A stretch of 64,000 nt of DNA, taken from the sequence record NC_049851.1; one strand, given 5' to 3'. Below are positions 28,111 through 37,634 of this stretch, in pieces. Positions within the stretch are counted from its first letter, which is position 1, and every line of letters starts with the position of its first letter. The translations under genes were made by a program, and so were the position numbers. The notes beneath the pieces are model-generated. The model did no database searches. It was not told where the DNA came from and worked only from the letters and a program-made list of their open reading frames with translations.

Positions 28111-28312
28111 ATCCCGTGAGCGTATGGGACGTTTTTCTTCAGGCGAGTGTTGGTTTTGGGCCTGTACGCTGTTGTAGGAGAGGTCGTGCTTCGGCAGGCT
28201 GGTTCGCGGGAACCAGTTTAGACCTCTCCTTTCTTTTTGCCCCGGTGCTGGCAATCACCGTGAGGATCGCATATCTGCCAGCACAAAGGGCCTCAGTATA
28301 AGCGAGCGCCAA
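28111..28312 (+). ncRNA. candidate structured RNA / leader upstream of GIY-YIG gene
   Basis: Stems AGGAGAGGTC/GACCTCTCCT (28176-85/28221-30) enclosing TGC-TTCG-GCA and CTGGTTC/GAACCAG; GTGCTGGCA/TGCCAGCAC (28245-53/28276-84); no credible ORF. Confidence 0.45.
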
Positions 28313-29062
28313 ATGAAGTCCCCCATGAATTTTTATGTGTACCAACTGAGGCGCGCGGATCAGTCCCTGCCATTCTATGTAGGCAAAGGGAAGGATGATC
28401 GCGCTTGGGACCATACGCGTCCCTACAACCTCCGAAAAGACAAGTCGTTCAAGGCGAACGTCATACGCGCTGCGCACAGGGAAGGCGTAGAGATTGTAGT
28501 TGAGATAGTGCACACGAACCTCACGAGTGTGGCCGCTATCGATCTTGAAGAATACTGGATTGATTTCTACGGACGCCGCGATACCGGCACAGGATGCTTA
28601 GCCAATCTCACAGATGGCCGTGAAGGCACGTCGGGATTCAAGTGGTCCGAAGAGGCTAAGGCCAAGCTCATGGAGGCGCTGGCAGTAGCTAACAACACCA
28701 GAGAGGCTAGGGCGGCTAAATCGAAAGCACTCCTTGGCAAGAAGCGTGTTGCTGAATTGAAGCCGCGCAAGAAGAAGCCGCTTTCCGGAAAACCTGATCG
28801 CATGACTCCGCAGGGACGGGCACGACAGCTTGAATCGATCGTTGGAAAGCCACTATCTGAAGAAACCAAGACTAAGCTGCGCGTGGTATGTGCTGGAGAA
28901 AAGGCGTACAACGCAAGCTTCACTGCACAGCAGGTAATGGAGATACGGGCAGAGCACGCCAAGGGTGAGAAGTCAGCCACTCAACTTGCCAAGGACTACG
29001 GAGTATCCCTATCGGCCATGGGCAAATTGATTAACAGGCAGACGTATAAGGAGGTCCCATGA
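28313..29062 (+). mobile_element. free-standing GIY-YIG homing endonuclease with NUMOD3-like and HTH modules
   Basis: FYVYQL...FYVGKG...RAWDH; DLEEYWI.FYGR....G.LANLTDG.EG; LSEETKTKL; C-terminal HTH. Confidence 0.88.
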
Positions 29063-30207
29063 GTTTTTTGAGCGACGCAGTATCAAGAGCTACCCAGCAG
29101 ATTAAGACTGGCGTGAACTCACAAATTAGCAGACAGGTTCAAGGTATCAAGGGCGCAGTGTCCAGTGCCGAGAACGCTGTAGTAAACGCAGCGGCAGGTG
29201 TCGTAAATAATACGGTACGCACTGCTGTTGGCACCGCCATTGGCGCAGCCGCAGACCTATTGTCCGGTAACCCGGGAGGTGCGCTGACGACTCTGGCCAA
29301 TGCGCCAGAAAAGATTTTGGGCTCTGCACTAGGCGGCCTAGGCGGCTTTGCCGGGCCTTCGTCACTGGACCTAACGGGCCCGGGGACGCTATCGGAAATG
29401 TCGAGTTCGGGTGGTATCAACCCGGGCGACAACTTGTTCGGTGCCCTAAACCGCACGGACCCGATGATGAACTACAGTTGGTACTGCCAACTTCCGGTGA
29501 TCAGTCCGGGCTCCACGCAATCGGAATCTCCCACATCTGGTTCGATTCTCGGGAACTTGGCAGGTAGCCTAGGCAACATCCTGAAGTCGAGTATCGCAGG
29601 TTCCGTCAGCACGAGCGGAAGCGCGCAGCTTCCATGGTACTTCGTGGAGGGCGCTACGTGCCCGTTCCGTCAGTACGACACGGTGACGATCTTCCGTGAG
29701 GGCCGAGACCGCAAGTACCCGTCGAAGTATTCGGTGGACAACCTGCAACTTACGATGTACGCGGACTCCGCAAACCAAACCTTCCAGTACCTGCAAGCGT
29801 GGAACAACGCGATCCTGACGCCCTTCGGCGCGACGGCCGCTGCAACCATGGGCGGGGGCTGGGGACGCCCGAGCGACTACAAGAAGCCGATCTTCATCTA
29901 CCTGCTGGACGTTACGAATCAGGTAGTAGCCCTAATCGAATACGTGGAATGCTGGCCCGTGTCCGTCGAGCAGTACACATTGGAGTCCGGCTCTAGCCAG
30001 CGTGTTGTCAACCGCGTGAACTTCTCGGTCGGTGACGTGTTCATCAACCTGATGGAAGTGTCGAGCGATCTGATCGGTGAGGTGCTGTACAACGCAGGTG
30101 CAAGTGCAGTGAACGCAGGTGTGAGCGCCGTGGGCGGTTTGGCCCAGCAAGGCTTGAACACCGCAATCAATTCCATGAGCGGCGCGCTCGATGGAATTTT
30201 CTCATAA
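29059..30207 (+). CDS. tail-tube-fold baseplate protein (T4 gp19/gp54-like) with G/A/S-rich N-extension
   Basis: LQLTMYAD...YLQAW...DYKKPIFIYLLD...ECWPVSVEQYTL...VNFS resembles the gp19 family. Confidence 0.7.
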   Translation: MSFLSDAVSRATQQIKTGVNSQISRQVQGIKGAVSSAENAVVNAAAGVVNNTVRTAVGTAIGAAADLLSGNPGGALTTLANAPEKILGSALGGLGGFAGPSSLDLTGPGTLSEMSSSGGINPGDNLFGALNRTDPMMNYSWYCQLPVISPGSTQSESPTSGSILGNLAGSLGNILKSSIAGSVSTSGSAQLPWYFVEGATCPFRQYDTVTIFREGRDRKYPSKYSVDNLQLTMYADSANQTFQYLQAWNNAILTPFGATAAATMGGGWGRPSDYKKPIFIYLLDVTNQVVALIEYVECWPVSVEQYTLESGSSQRVVNRVNFSVGDVFINLMEVSSDLIGEVLYNAGASAVNAGVSAVGGLAQQGLNTAINSMSGALDGIFS

Positions 30208-30221
30208 GTAGGTAGACCTAA

Positions 30222-31652
30222 ATGTCCGAACAAAACTACGTACCGCAATCCCAGACGACTAGCTTCTCTGCGTTTCCAGCAGACAGGCAAGCCGAACTGG
30301 CTCGCATTCAGGCCAACAAGATGCAGAGCCTAGCGCATCTGCCTATGCCCGTGAAGATGCCGGACGGCACGGAACATCCGGGTCACCCGGGCGGCCCACG
30401 CGGCCCGCAGCACGTAGGCGCAGCAGCCCGACAGGCCGCGCGTCCCACGCACATGCCACAGGGGCCAGTGCTTGCGACCATCGACCCTAACCTCCAGATG
30501 CCTGCCTCTGCGCCTCCTGCCGTTCGACCGGGTGTAGCAGTCCATCGACAAGCAGAGCAGCAAGCGGATGCCATGTTCGCAGCCGCAGCCGGGGGCTTTA
30601 CGTCGCCCGTACCGCAGCCTCTTCCGGTGCCGGTCCCTAACACGCCTCCGGTGGCACACGCGATGGTTCCGCAGCATCAGTTCCATGCAGCGCCGATCCC
30701 GACTCCGCAGCCTATGGCACCTGCACCCGTAGCCCCGAACTTGGTTCAGGCGTACGTGAATCAGGTGGCGACGCAGCATCCCGGCGTCATTAACCCGGTG
30801 GCGGATTCCGAGTACATGTCGGTCGAGCTTCCCTCGCGTTTCTCCTATTACGGATTTACCGACCTGTACGTGTGTCCGTTCCGGGCGAAGCATCTGAGCA
30901 AGCTTCAGAAGGCGCATCGTGAGCAGTCGTTGCTTGCCATGGTCGAAGCCGTATCGGCAGTGTGCTATACGACAAGCCCTGAATACGCGGGTCGTCCGAT
31001 GGCGTTCGAACTCACGCTCCCTGACTTCTTCTTCGTCCTGTACTGGCTGCGCCTGAACTCGTTCACGAAGAGCAACTACGTGCACAACACGGTGTGCGAA
31101 GACAAGGGCCACGTAAAGCGCGTGTCATACACGCTGAACGCGCGCGAGTTCGATGAGCAGGTGGCTCGTGGTGATATGACGGCAGAGGAACGGGCACAGA
31201 TCGCGGCACTTGCGCTGCCCCCGGAATCGCTGAAGCTGTCGCAGATCATCACGCAGACCAACATGAAGGTTCGCGAACTGGAGACAAAGCCGGACCCGGC
31301 AGTCTACTGTCTGGCCGACGCGCCGGAACTGATCATGCGGCCCCCGACCATGCGCGATGTTCTGGAGTTTGCAGAGTCCCCAGAAATGAAGGACCCCGAA
31401 CAACGTTCGGAATTCTCGTTCTTGGCGCAACTCGCGACTCATATCCAGCACACTGCTGGCTACCTGACGCTGCGTCAACGCCTCGACATCGTTGGCGAGT
31501 GCTCGGCTGATCAGGTATCGCTGATCAAGGACTTCGAGAACCAGTTGAAAGACTACGGTGTCGAAGAGCGTGTACGTATCCAGTGCAAGGAGTGTGGTGC
31601 GGTCTCGGAGACGAAGTTGTCTCTGGCCGCCCACAGCTTCTTTCCCTCTTAA
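30222..31652 (+). CDS. baseplate hub assembly chaperone (T4 gp26-like) with Pro/Ala/Gln-rich N-terminus
   Basis: ELPSRFSYYG..DLYVCPFRAKHL; LTLPDFFFVLYWLR.NSF; MRPPTMRD; C-terminal CKECG. Confidence 0.65.
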   Translation: MSEQNYVPQSQTTSFSAFPADRQAELARIQANKMQSLAHLPMPVKMPDGTEHPGHPGGPRGPQHVGAAARQAARPTHMPQGPVLATIDPNLQMPASAPPAVRPGVAVHRQAEQQADAMFAAAAGGFTSPVPQPLPVPVPNTPPVAHAMVPQHQFHAAPIPTPQPMAPAPVAPNLVQAYVNQVATQHPGVINPVADSEYMSVELPSRFSYYGFTDLYVCPFRAKHLSKLQKAHREQSLLAMVEAVSAVCYTTSPEYAGRPMAFELTLPDFFFVLYWLRLNSFTKSNYVHNTVCEDKGHVKRVSYTLNAREFDEQVARGDMTAEERAQIAALALPPESLKLSQIITQTNMKVRELETKPDPAVYCLADAPELIMRPPTMRDVLEFAESPEMKDPEQRSEFSFLAQLATHIQHTAGYLTLRQRLDIVGECSADQVSLIKDFENQLKDYGVEERVRIQCKECGAVSETKLSLAAHSFFPS

Positions 31653-31668
31653 TAGCAGCAAGGACACG

Positions 31669-31821
31669 ATGGAACGGTACAACCTGATCGTTTCGGAGTA
31701 CGGTGTATATCCTCCGGACGACATGCCGATCTATCGCTTCCAGCAACTCAGTGAGTCGGCGCAGGCGCGTCGCGACAAGCGGATCGAGGCTGCTGAGAAG
31801 GGACACACTTTCGTAGGCTAA
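31669..31821 (+). CDS. small hub-assembly protein (gp51/gpGT-like position)
   Basis: 50 aa with AAGGA RBS, between the chaperone and the tape-measure-like gene. Confidence 0.55.
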   Translation: MERYNLIVSEYGVYPPDDMPIYRFQQLSESAQARRDKRIEAAEKGHTFVG

Positions 31822-31833
31822 CAGAGGTGAGCC

Positions 31834-33717
31834 ATGCCACAATTCAGTAGTGATTACGAAAGGCGCAAGTGGCAGTCGTTGCAGAATTCAGCGGGCGCGT
31901 CGCTCACGCATATCGTTCAGGGCCGTGCGTCCATGGCCGACGTGCAAAAGGTGACGACCGCGCTGAATGGTCTCAACAAGCTGGCGGCCGACGTGTTCTC
32001 ACGTGCCGTTAGCGCTGCCGAAGTTCAGGCCAAGAAGTTCGAGGCTCAGTACGAGCAGGTCCGAATGGATCAAGCTATCGACACGCTGACCTCGTTCGAA
32101 ATGGCGCTGAACGAAGCGCTTAAACCGCTGGTGCCTGAGTTGATGTCGAATATTCAAGAGGCTCTTGCTCTTGAGTTGTACGAAGCAACCGACGCACTGC
32201 AAAACAATCTGGGTCGAAAGTTCGATCATCTGCGCGAACTGATGCCCCCGAAGGACTTGCCAACCGTCAACGACGTGCTGGCGGCCAATGAACTGCTGGT
32301 CGAAGAGATCGGCCGTGTTGACGATGATAAGTGGGGACGACGCGAGCCCGTTCTTATAGACAAGATTGCCGACGTATTCCGTGGAACACTGCGTGATCTG
32401 GCTGACCAGATCAATCGTGAGCGCGCGGCCCAGCGTCAGGCTCAGGGTGGTTCGCGTCACCTCAGTCTGGAAGGGCCGAAGGGCCATGCCACGGTCGAAG
32501 TGCCGATGGTCGAGGAATCACCTATCATGTCGCGGGTCTCGGGGCTTCTGGGCGCACCTTCTGGTGCCACAGCAGCTTCGGGGCCTGTTGGCGCATCTGG
32601 TTCCCACCAAACTGCGTCGACTTCCATAGCGAGCGGTGCACTCGCCGCAGCCAATGGCCAGCGCACCAGCATCACGCTAAGCCACTCTGCCGAGAACGCA
32701 ATCGAGAACGCTGCCAATCACCAGACGGAGTTGTACAAGCGATTGTTCGACTTCCTAAGTGGTCGCAAGGGCTCGCAGGGTTCTGGTGATCACGATGGTG
32801 TGCAAGGTGCACTGGACGAGGAAGAAAAGGCTGACATCTGGTGGCGCTCATTCCGGAACTGGATGGGTCGTGACCTAGGTAAATCGCGCAAGAAGAGTGA
32901 GAAAGACGACGGTCCGTTCAAATGGCTCAAATGGCTGAAGGGACTGGGCCCCGTACTGCTATCTATGGTCACGAACCCAGAACTCTATCGGGCTATGGGA
33001 GAGTTGATCGAGAAGTACGTGACGTGGGATAACGTCAAGACCGCATTCAGCGCTGCGTGGGACTTTGTGGCCAAGGAAGCATCAGACACCATCGACTGGG
33101 TTATGGACAAGCTGCACCTGAAGGAAGTGGGTGAGTGGCTTGCCAAGCAAGGCAAGGGGATGGCTGAGAAGGTCGGGAAGTTCTTCGGCATCAATGAGAA
33201 CACCGGCAAGATCGGTAACGACATGAGCGGGGGCGGCGGTGAGAACCCCGACTTCGACAAGTCGCGAACGGGCGATCCGTACAAGAACGGCGGCCCTCCG
33301 GGTGCCGCAGCCGGTGTCTCTATGCCGGTGCCAGTTGGTAAGGACGGCCAACCGCTTCCGAATGCGCGCTCCGAGAAGGGCGACACGTACGTAAGCAAGT
33401 TGATGCAGAGCATAGGCTTGAACGCGGGTGATTCGTCGACCTATCAACAGGCGCTGATCAACAATCGCTCGACGCTGGTCACGCCTGCGGGCCTAACGGG
33501 CATGCGTGGAACGTACTCGGTCCCACAAAACCCTGCGATGATGAAGCCCGGCGTCTCGATTGATCCCAATGCAGTGGGCGTCATAGCCGAGTCCTCGGAG
33601 TTCACGCTCCCGGGTGCTGCAAAGGGCACAACGCAGGTTGGCATTGACACGTTCGGCTTCCAAGCAGCCTCGTCCGATTCGCTGCTGATGATGAACACGC
33701 ACTTCTTCACATCATGA
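31834..33717 (+). CDS. tape-measure/hub-like virion protein
   Basis: Helical N-half, W-rich amphipathic middle, Gly-rich C-half; position in the tail module. Confidence 0.5.
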   Translation: MPQFSSDYERRKWQSLQNSAGASLTHIVQGRASMADVQKVTTALNGLNKLAADVFSRAVSAAEVQAKKFEAQYEQVRMDQAIDTLTSFEMALNEALKPLVPELMSNIQEALALELYEATDALQNNLGRKFDHLRELMPPKDLPTVNDVLAANELLVEEIGRVDDDKWGRREPVLIDKIADVFRGTLRDLADQINRERAAQRQAQGGSRHLSLEGPKGHATVEVPMVEESPIMSRVSGLLGAPSGATAASGPVGASGSHQTASTSIASGALAAANGQRTSITLSHSAENAIENAANHQTELYKRLFDFLSGRKGSQGSGDHDGVQGALDEEEKADIWWRSFRNWMGRDLGKSRKKSEKDDGPFKWLKWLKGLGPVLLSMVTNPELYRAMGELIEKYVTWDNVKTAFSAAWDFVAKEASDTIDWVMDKLHLKEVGEWLAKQGKGMAEKVGKFFGINENTGKIGNDMSGGGGENPDFDKSRTGDPYKNGGPPGAAAGVSMPVPVGKDGQPLPNARSEKGDTYVSKLMQSIGLNAGDSSTYQQALINNRSTLVTPAGLTGMRGTYSVPQNPAMMKPGVSIDPNAVGVIAESSEFTLPGAAKGTTQVGIDTFGFQAASSDSLLMMNTHFFTS

Positions 33718-35192
33718 ACCTGACCGACGCCCTAGCGTGGACGGGGCCTAGCCCCTCCACCGTTAATTCGCATGACGCGGAACCGCTTAGCACTCGTCTG
33801 GACTACCTATCCGAGTCGATGGACCTTGAAACGTTCATAGACCACACGATGTATCCCAATGAGCAGCGCGTATCCGAAATGGAGTGGACGCTTTCTGGTC
33901 TAGCGAACTGGGGGGCGTCCGGACACAACAGCAGTGGTGATGGGGTTGAGCATCTGATCTCGTGGCCGCTGTTCAATTACCTGAAGCAGTCAGGACACCT
34001 TGATAATGGCGAGAGTCGTGATGGCTTCATGGCCAACGTCAGGTTGCGTCTCGACAAGATTCTCAAGCGCTTTGTGAAGAAGAGGCTCAAGAAGTGGTTC
34101 TGGCGATTCCTGCGCAAGGTCTTGAAGAAGGCCGTGCGTATTCTGTGGAACGCAGCACGCTGGATCATCGAGAACACATTCCGCGCGATTATCCGGCTAC
34201 TCGTACGCCCACTCATCGTTGGCGTGCTTGAGTTGATCGGCCTGAACCCGGAACTATGGCCATTCATTGCAGTGGCTGGCGGTATAGCGGTAGGCGGCTG
34301 GTGGGCTTGGAACAAGTTCTTCGGAGACAAGGCCCATGACACCACAGGCACTATCGTTGACACCGCAATGACCGTCGTCGGGCCGTCAGGCGCAGAGGCC
34401 CCTATAGGCGCAGGTGCTCCGATGGCGGCAAACGCGCCCGGAACCCGCTATGCTCCGGCCACCGAATTGAGCGGCCTGATCGCACGTGGTGAAGGTGACT
34501 ACAACGTGGTCAACTACGGCACGCGCGTCAAGGACAAGAAAAAGCGCAAGAGGGCAGGCACCGAAGACCTTGAGAACATGACCGTCAACGAGGTCATGCA
34601 GCATCAGCAGGCCGGTGACTTCAACGCTGCTGGTCGCTACCAGATCATCACGGACACAATGCCTGAGATTGTCCGTGGAATGGGCCTTACTGGTAATGAG
34701 AAGTTCGACAGGACTACTCAGGACCGCATGTTCAACTACCTGATCACGGTGAAGCGCCGACCCATTGGTGACTACATCAGTGGTCGCTCAAATGATTTGA
34801 ACGCCGCTATCTACGCAGCGTCCATGGAGTGGGCTTCGGTGGCAGCACCCGCTGGTATGCCGCTGTTCAAGAAGAAAAAGACCGACGTTACGCGTTATGG
34901 CGACGGAGAAACTTCGTACTACTCAGGAGTTCAGGGTAATCGGGCTTCGATACCTGCGATTGAAATGGGTGAAATGCTGGAGCGCGAGCGTATACGCGCG
35001 GCTGGCGGCCAGACCCAGACGCAGCAGTCGACGGTTCAAACACGTGACGGTACGACCATGGCGCAGGCGGATGCAGTGAAGGCCCGGCAGCGACAGGCAC
35101 AGCCACGTGGTGCACCACCGCCACAGCAGCAACAAAAAGACAAGGAAATCATACTCGGAAAGAACGGTGAACTAATCAACGTAACTTCGTAG
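33714..35192 (+). CDS. virion-associated peptidoglycan hydrolase (lambda-R/GH104-like lysozyme domain)
   Basis: IARGEGDYN...MTVNEVM...AAGRYQII..T...FDRTTQD...ASMEWAS; preceded by a hydrophobic segment. Confidence 0.78.
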   Translation: MNLTDALAWTGPSPSTVNSHDAEPLSTRLDYLSESMDLETFIDHTMYPNEQRVSEMEWTLSGLANWGASGHNSSGDGVEHLISWPLFNYLKQSGHLDNGESRDGFMANVRLRLDKILKRFVKKRLKKWFWRFLRKVLKKAVRILWNAARWIIENTFRAIIRLLVRPLIVGVLELIGLNPELWPFIAVAGGIAVGGWWAWNKFFGDKAHDTTGTIVDTAMTVVGPSGAEAPIGAGAPMAANAPGTRYAPATELSGLIARGEGDYNVVNYGTRVKDKKKRKRAGTEDLENMTVNEVMQHQQAGDFNAAGRYQIITDTMPEIVRGMGLTGNEKFDRTTQDRMFNYLITVKRRPIGDYISGRSNDLNAAIYAASMEWASVAAPAGMPLFKKKKTDVTRYGDGETSYYSGVQGNRASIPAIEMGEMLERERIRAAGGQTQTQQSTVQTRDGTTMAQADAVKARQRQAQPRGAPPPQQQQKDKEIILGKNGELINVTS

Positions 35193-35200
35193 GATTCATT

Positions 35201-36142
35201 ATGGCATCCTCTCCATACACAGTACTCATTCAGCGCTCCATGTCAGCGGACCCGATTTCGGTTCAGGCTCCGATGCCAGAAACGTTCTCGATGGACGCGG
35301 GTGCCTCATACGAGCAGCCGTTGCCGCAGGGCTTCACGAGCAGCGGCACAATTAACGCAGCGTTTGCCGCATTCGGTGTTCGTCTGGCGGTTCAGGCCAT
35401 GAGCGCCCAGCTATGGTCTGGCAACACAGAAACGAACCTGAGTCTCGAACTCCAGTTCCATACGGAGACCGATCCAGTTCAGGACGTGCGCACACCAATC
35501 GTGAACCTGCTGAAGCTGACAATGCCTAGCACCAGCAGCACCACCGGCCTGCTGGAAAGTCCGGGGCCCTCTATCGACTTCTCGAATCAGGCTGCTGCAA
35601 TAGGTAGCGACGCATTCTCGGCATTTGGAACTTCCATAGGCTCGGTTCTGGGGTCTGTCGGCACTACGGTACGCAACGCGTTCAACCGTGGGGGCCCGAC
35701 GCCGCAACCCGGATCGATAACAGAAACCAGCAAACAGTCCAACGACAGTTCGAACGGAACGGTTCCACAGGCAGTGATCCAAAACCCAAGCCTCGGGACC
35801 GCAGCCTACTGGAACACGAAGCTCAAGAACAAGATTTCGATCAAGCTCGGGAACTACATGTTCTTCGAGTCCGTGGTGATCACACGAGTGTCTATCACGG
35901 CGGCTTCGAATTTCGATGCGCAAACTGGACTACCTCATCACTGTCGCGTGCTCGTTGAGTTCAAGCCTCTGTTCATGCTCACACAGCAAGACCTCGACAC
36001 ACTGTTCGTTAATCCGGGCGGTGGTTCGGGTGGGACTCCGGGTAACAACTCGTACGGCTTCTCGTTGCCCATGGAATCTATCAACGGCGTGGCCAAGAAC
36101 GTGTTCAATAGCGTTCAGTCGACACTCGGTAACCTATTCTAG
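35201..36142 (+). CDS. baseplate/tube-initiator protein (gp48-like)
   Basis: ISIKLGNYMFFESVVITRVS...PHHCRVLVEFKPL pattern; synteny. Confidence 0.6.
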   Translation: MASSPYTVLIQRSMSADPISVQAPMPETFSMDAGASYEQPLPQGFTSSGTINAAFAAFGVRLAVQAMSAQLWSGNTETNLSLELQFHTETDPVQDVRTPIVNLLKLTMPSTSSTTGLLESPGPSIDFSNQAAAIGSDAFSAFGTSIGSVLGSVGTTVRNAFNRGGPTPQPGSITETSKQSNDSSNGTVPQAVIQNPSLGTAAYWNTKLKNKISIKLGNYMFFESVVITRVSITAASNFDAQTGLPHHCRVLVEFKPLFMLTQQDLDTLFVNPGGGSGGTPGNNSYGFSLPMESINGVAKNVFNSVQSTLGNLF

Positions 36143-36150
36143 GAGTTAGC

Positions 36151-36501
36151 ATGGACGGATACTCTGGCGACATGAATTGGTCGCGATACACGCCGGTCGA
36201 TAGCACGACCACGAACTATGACTTGTTTCGATCGGCATTCCGAAATGTTCGGTTCAACGTGGAATCCCAAACGCGCTACCAGATCACGAGTCTAGACATG
36301 GCTAACCTGCCGGGACTCGCGTACAAGTTCTTCGGGGACACCAGCCTGTGGCGCGCGCTCATGGCCTATAACGGCATCACAGACCCGCTTTCTGGGGTTT
36401 GCGTAGGACTCACGATCAAGGTTCCTACTAAGGCCGCACTTCAGAACTATGTGACTGGTCAGGTCAAGAGCCAACAGCAGCGCCAGTCGATCATTATCTA
36501 A
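36151..36501 (+). CDS. LysM/gp53-like baseplate wedge protein
   Basis: LPGLAYKFFGDTSLWRALMAYNGITDP...GLTIKVP. Confidence 0.8.
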   Translation: MDGYSGDMNWSRYTPVDSTTTNYDLFRSAFRNVRFNVESQTRYQITSLDMANLPGLAYKFFGDTSLWRALMAYNGITDPLSGVCVGLTIKVPTKAALQNYVTGQVKSQQQRQSIII

Positions 36502-36510
36502 GGAATTCAG

Positions 36511-37632
36511 ATGGGTTTCGCAGTCAACGACCGGCTGGAGGTCAGTCTGTTCATCAACGATCAGGAGTTCCCTCTTGATTCATTGAACGTGCTTCACTTC
36601 CTGCACATAGCGTGGGGGACGCGTGGTCTAGTCCCTACCATCCACCTGTCCGTGTTTGATGCGCAGCACACGCTGGATGCCGTTCCGCTTCAGGACGGCA
36701 TACCTATTCGAGTGGCGATCCGCGCGTATCAGGGCCAGACGCAGACCTACAACTTCCGGAAATACGACCACAAAAAGACGAACACCGGCAACGGCTTCAC
36801 GTATAGGCTGGACGGCTATCTGGACGTTCCAAAGTACTGGCTAGGGACATCCGTTGTTGGGATACGTGGCACTTCTAACGAAGTGCTGAATCAGATAGCA
36901 ACCTCGTGTGGCATGAAGTATGAAGGCGTGTCCACGGCCGACAGTCAGTTGTGGCTACCGCGTAACCGTACGTACGCAGAATTTGCACGCCACGTAGCCG
37001 ATGCTGGCTACGCCACTGACTCATCGTACATGGAAATGGCGGTCACGAGCTACGGAGCAATACGCTATCTGGATGTGAATGCACTACCACAGACCACCAC
37101 GAAGGTTACGCTCGGCCAGTTTGTGCAGGGGTCACTTACCGCTGCTGATTACAAGCCTCATGCCCGATCCGGTATGAACAACAAGATGACGGGTTACCAG
37201 AACACAAAGTACTCCCAATCGTTGTCCGGTGACGTGCTGAATAGTGCGACCTCGACCCTTGTGTTCAATCCGGATTCGAGTGCTCCGCTCTTCAACGCGA
37301 AGGTGCGCGAGGACGCGGCGCGCGGCTACCAGACGTTTGGTGGTATCGACGTTGGGAACACACACGCTAACTACGACAAGGCCCTGTACCAGAACCTCCG
37401 GTACTCGAACCTGTTCTCGCTCGACGTGGAGTTCCTGATGGCGTCACCTACCACATTCGAGCCCATGGACACGTTCTCGTTCATCGTGGATCAGGAAACG
37501 AATTTGGTCGACCGCGCATACGCCGGGACCTATACGGTGGTGGCACGCGCCATCTTCATCACGGGTGCTACGTACGCCGAAAAGATTCTGGGCACGCGCA
37601 GCGGCATGGACACGACATACACGAGTGGTTGA
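36511..37632 (+). CDS. baseplate hub protein (gp27-like)
   Basis: Lies between the LysM gene and the spike gene; size and beta-rich pattern fit. Confidence 0.6.
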   Translation: MGFAVNDRLEVSLFINDQEFPLDSLNVLHFLHIAWGTRGLVPTIHLSVFDAQHTLDAVPLQDGIPIRVAIRAYQGQTQTYNFRKYDHKKTNTGNGFTYRLDGYLDVPKYWLGTSVVGIRGTSNEVLNQIATSCGMKYEGVSTADSQLWLPRNRTYAEFARHVADAGYATDSSYMEMAVTSYGAIRYLDVNALPQTTTKVTLGQFVQGSLTAADYKPHARSGMNNKMTGYQNTKYSQSLSGDVLNSATSTLVFNPDSSAPLFNAKVREDAARGYQTFGGIDVGNTHANYDKALYQNLRYSNLFSLDVEFLMASPTTFEPMDTFSFIVDQETNLVDRAYAGTYTVVARAIFITGATYAEKILGTRSGMDTTYTSG

Positions 37633-37634
37633 TC

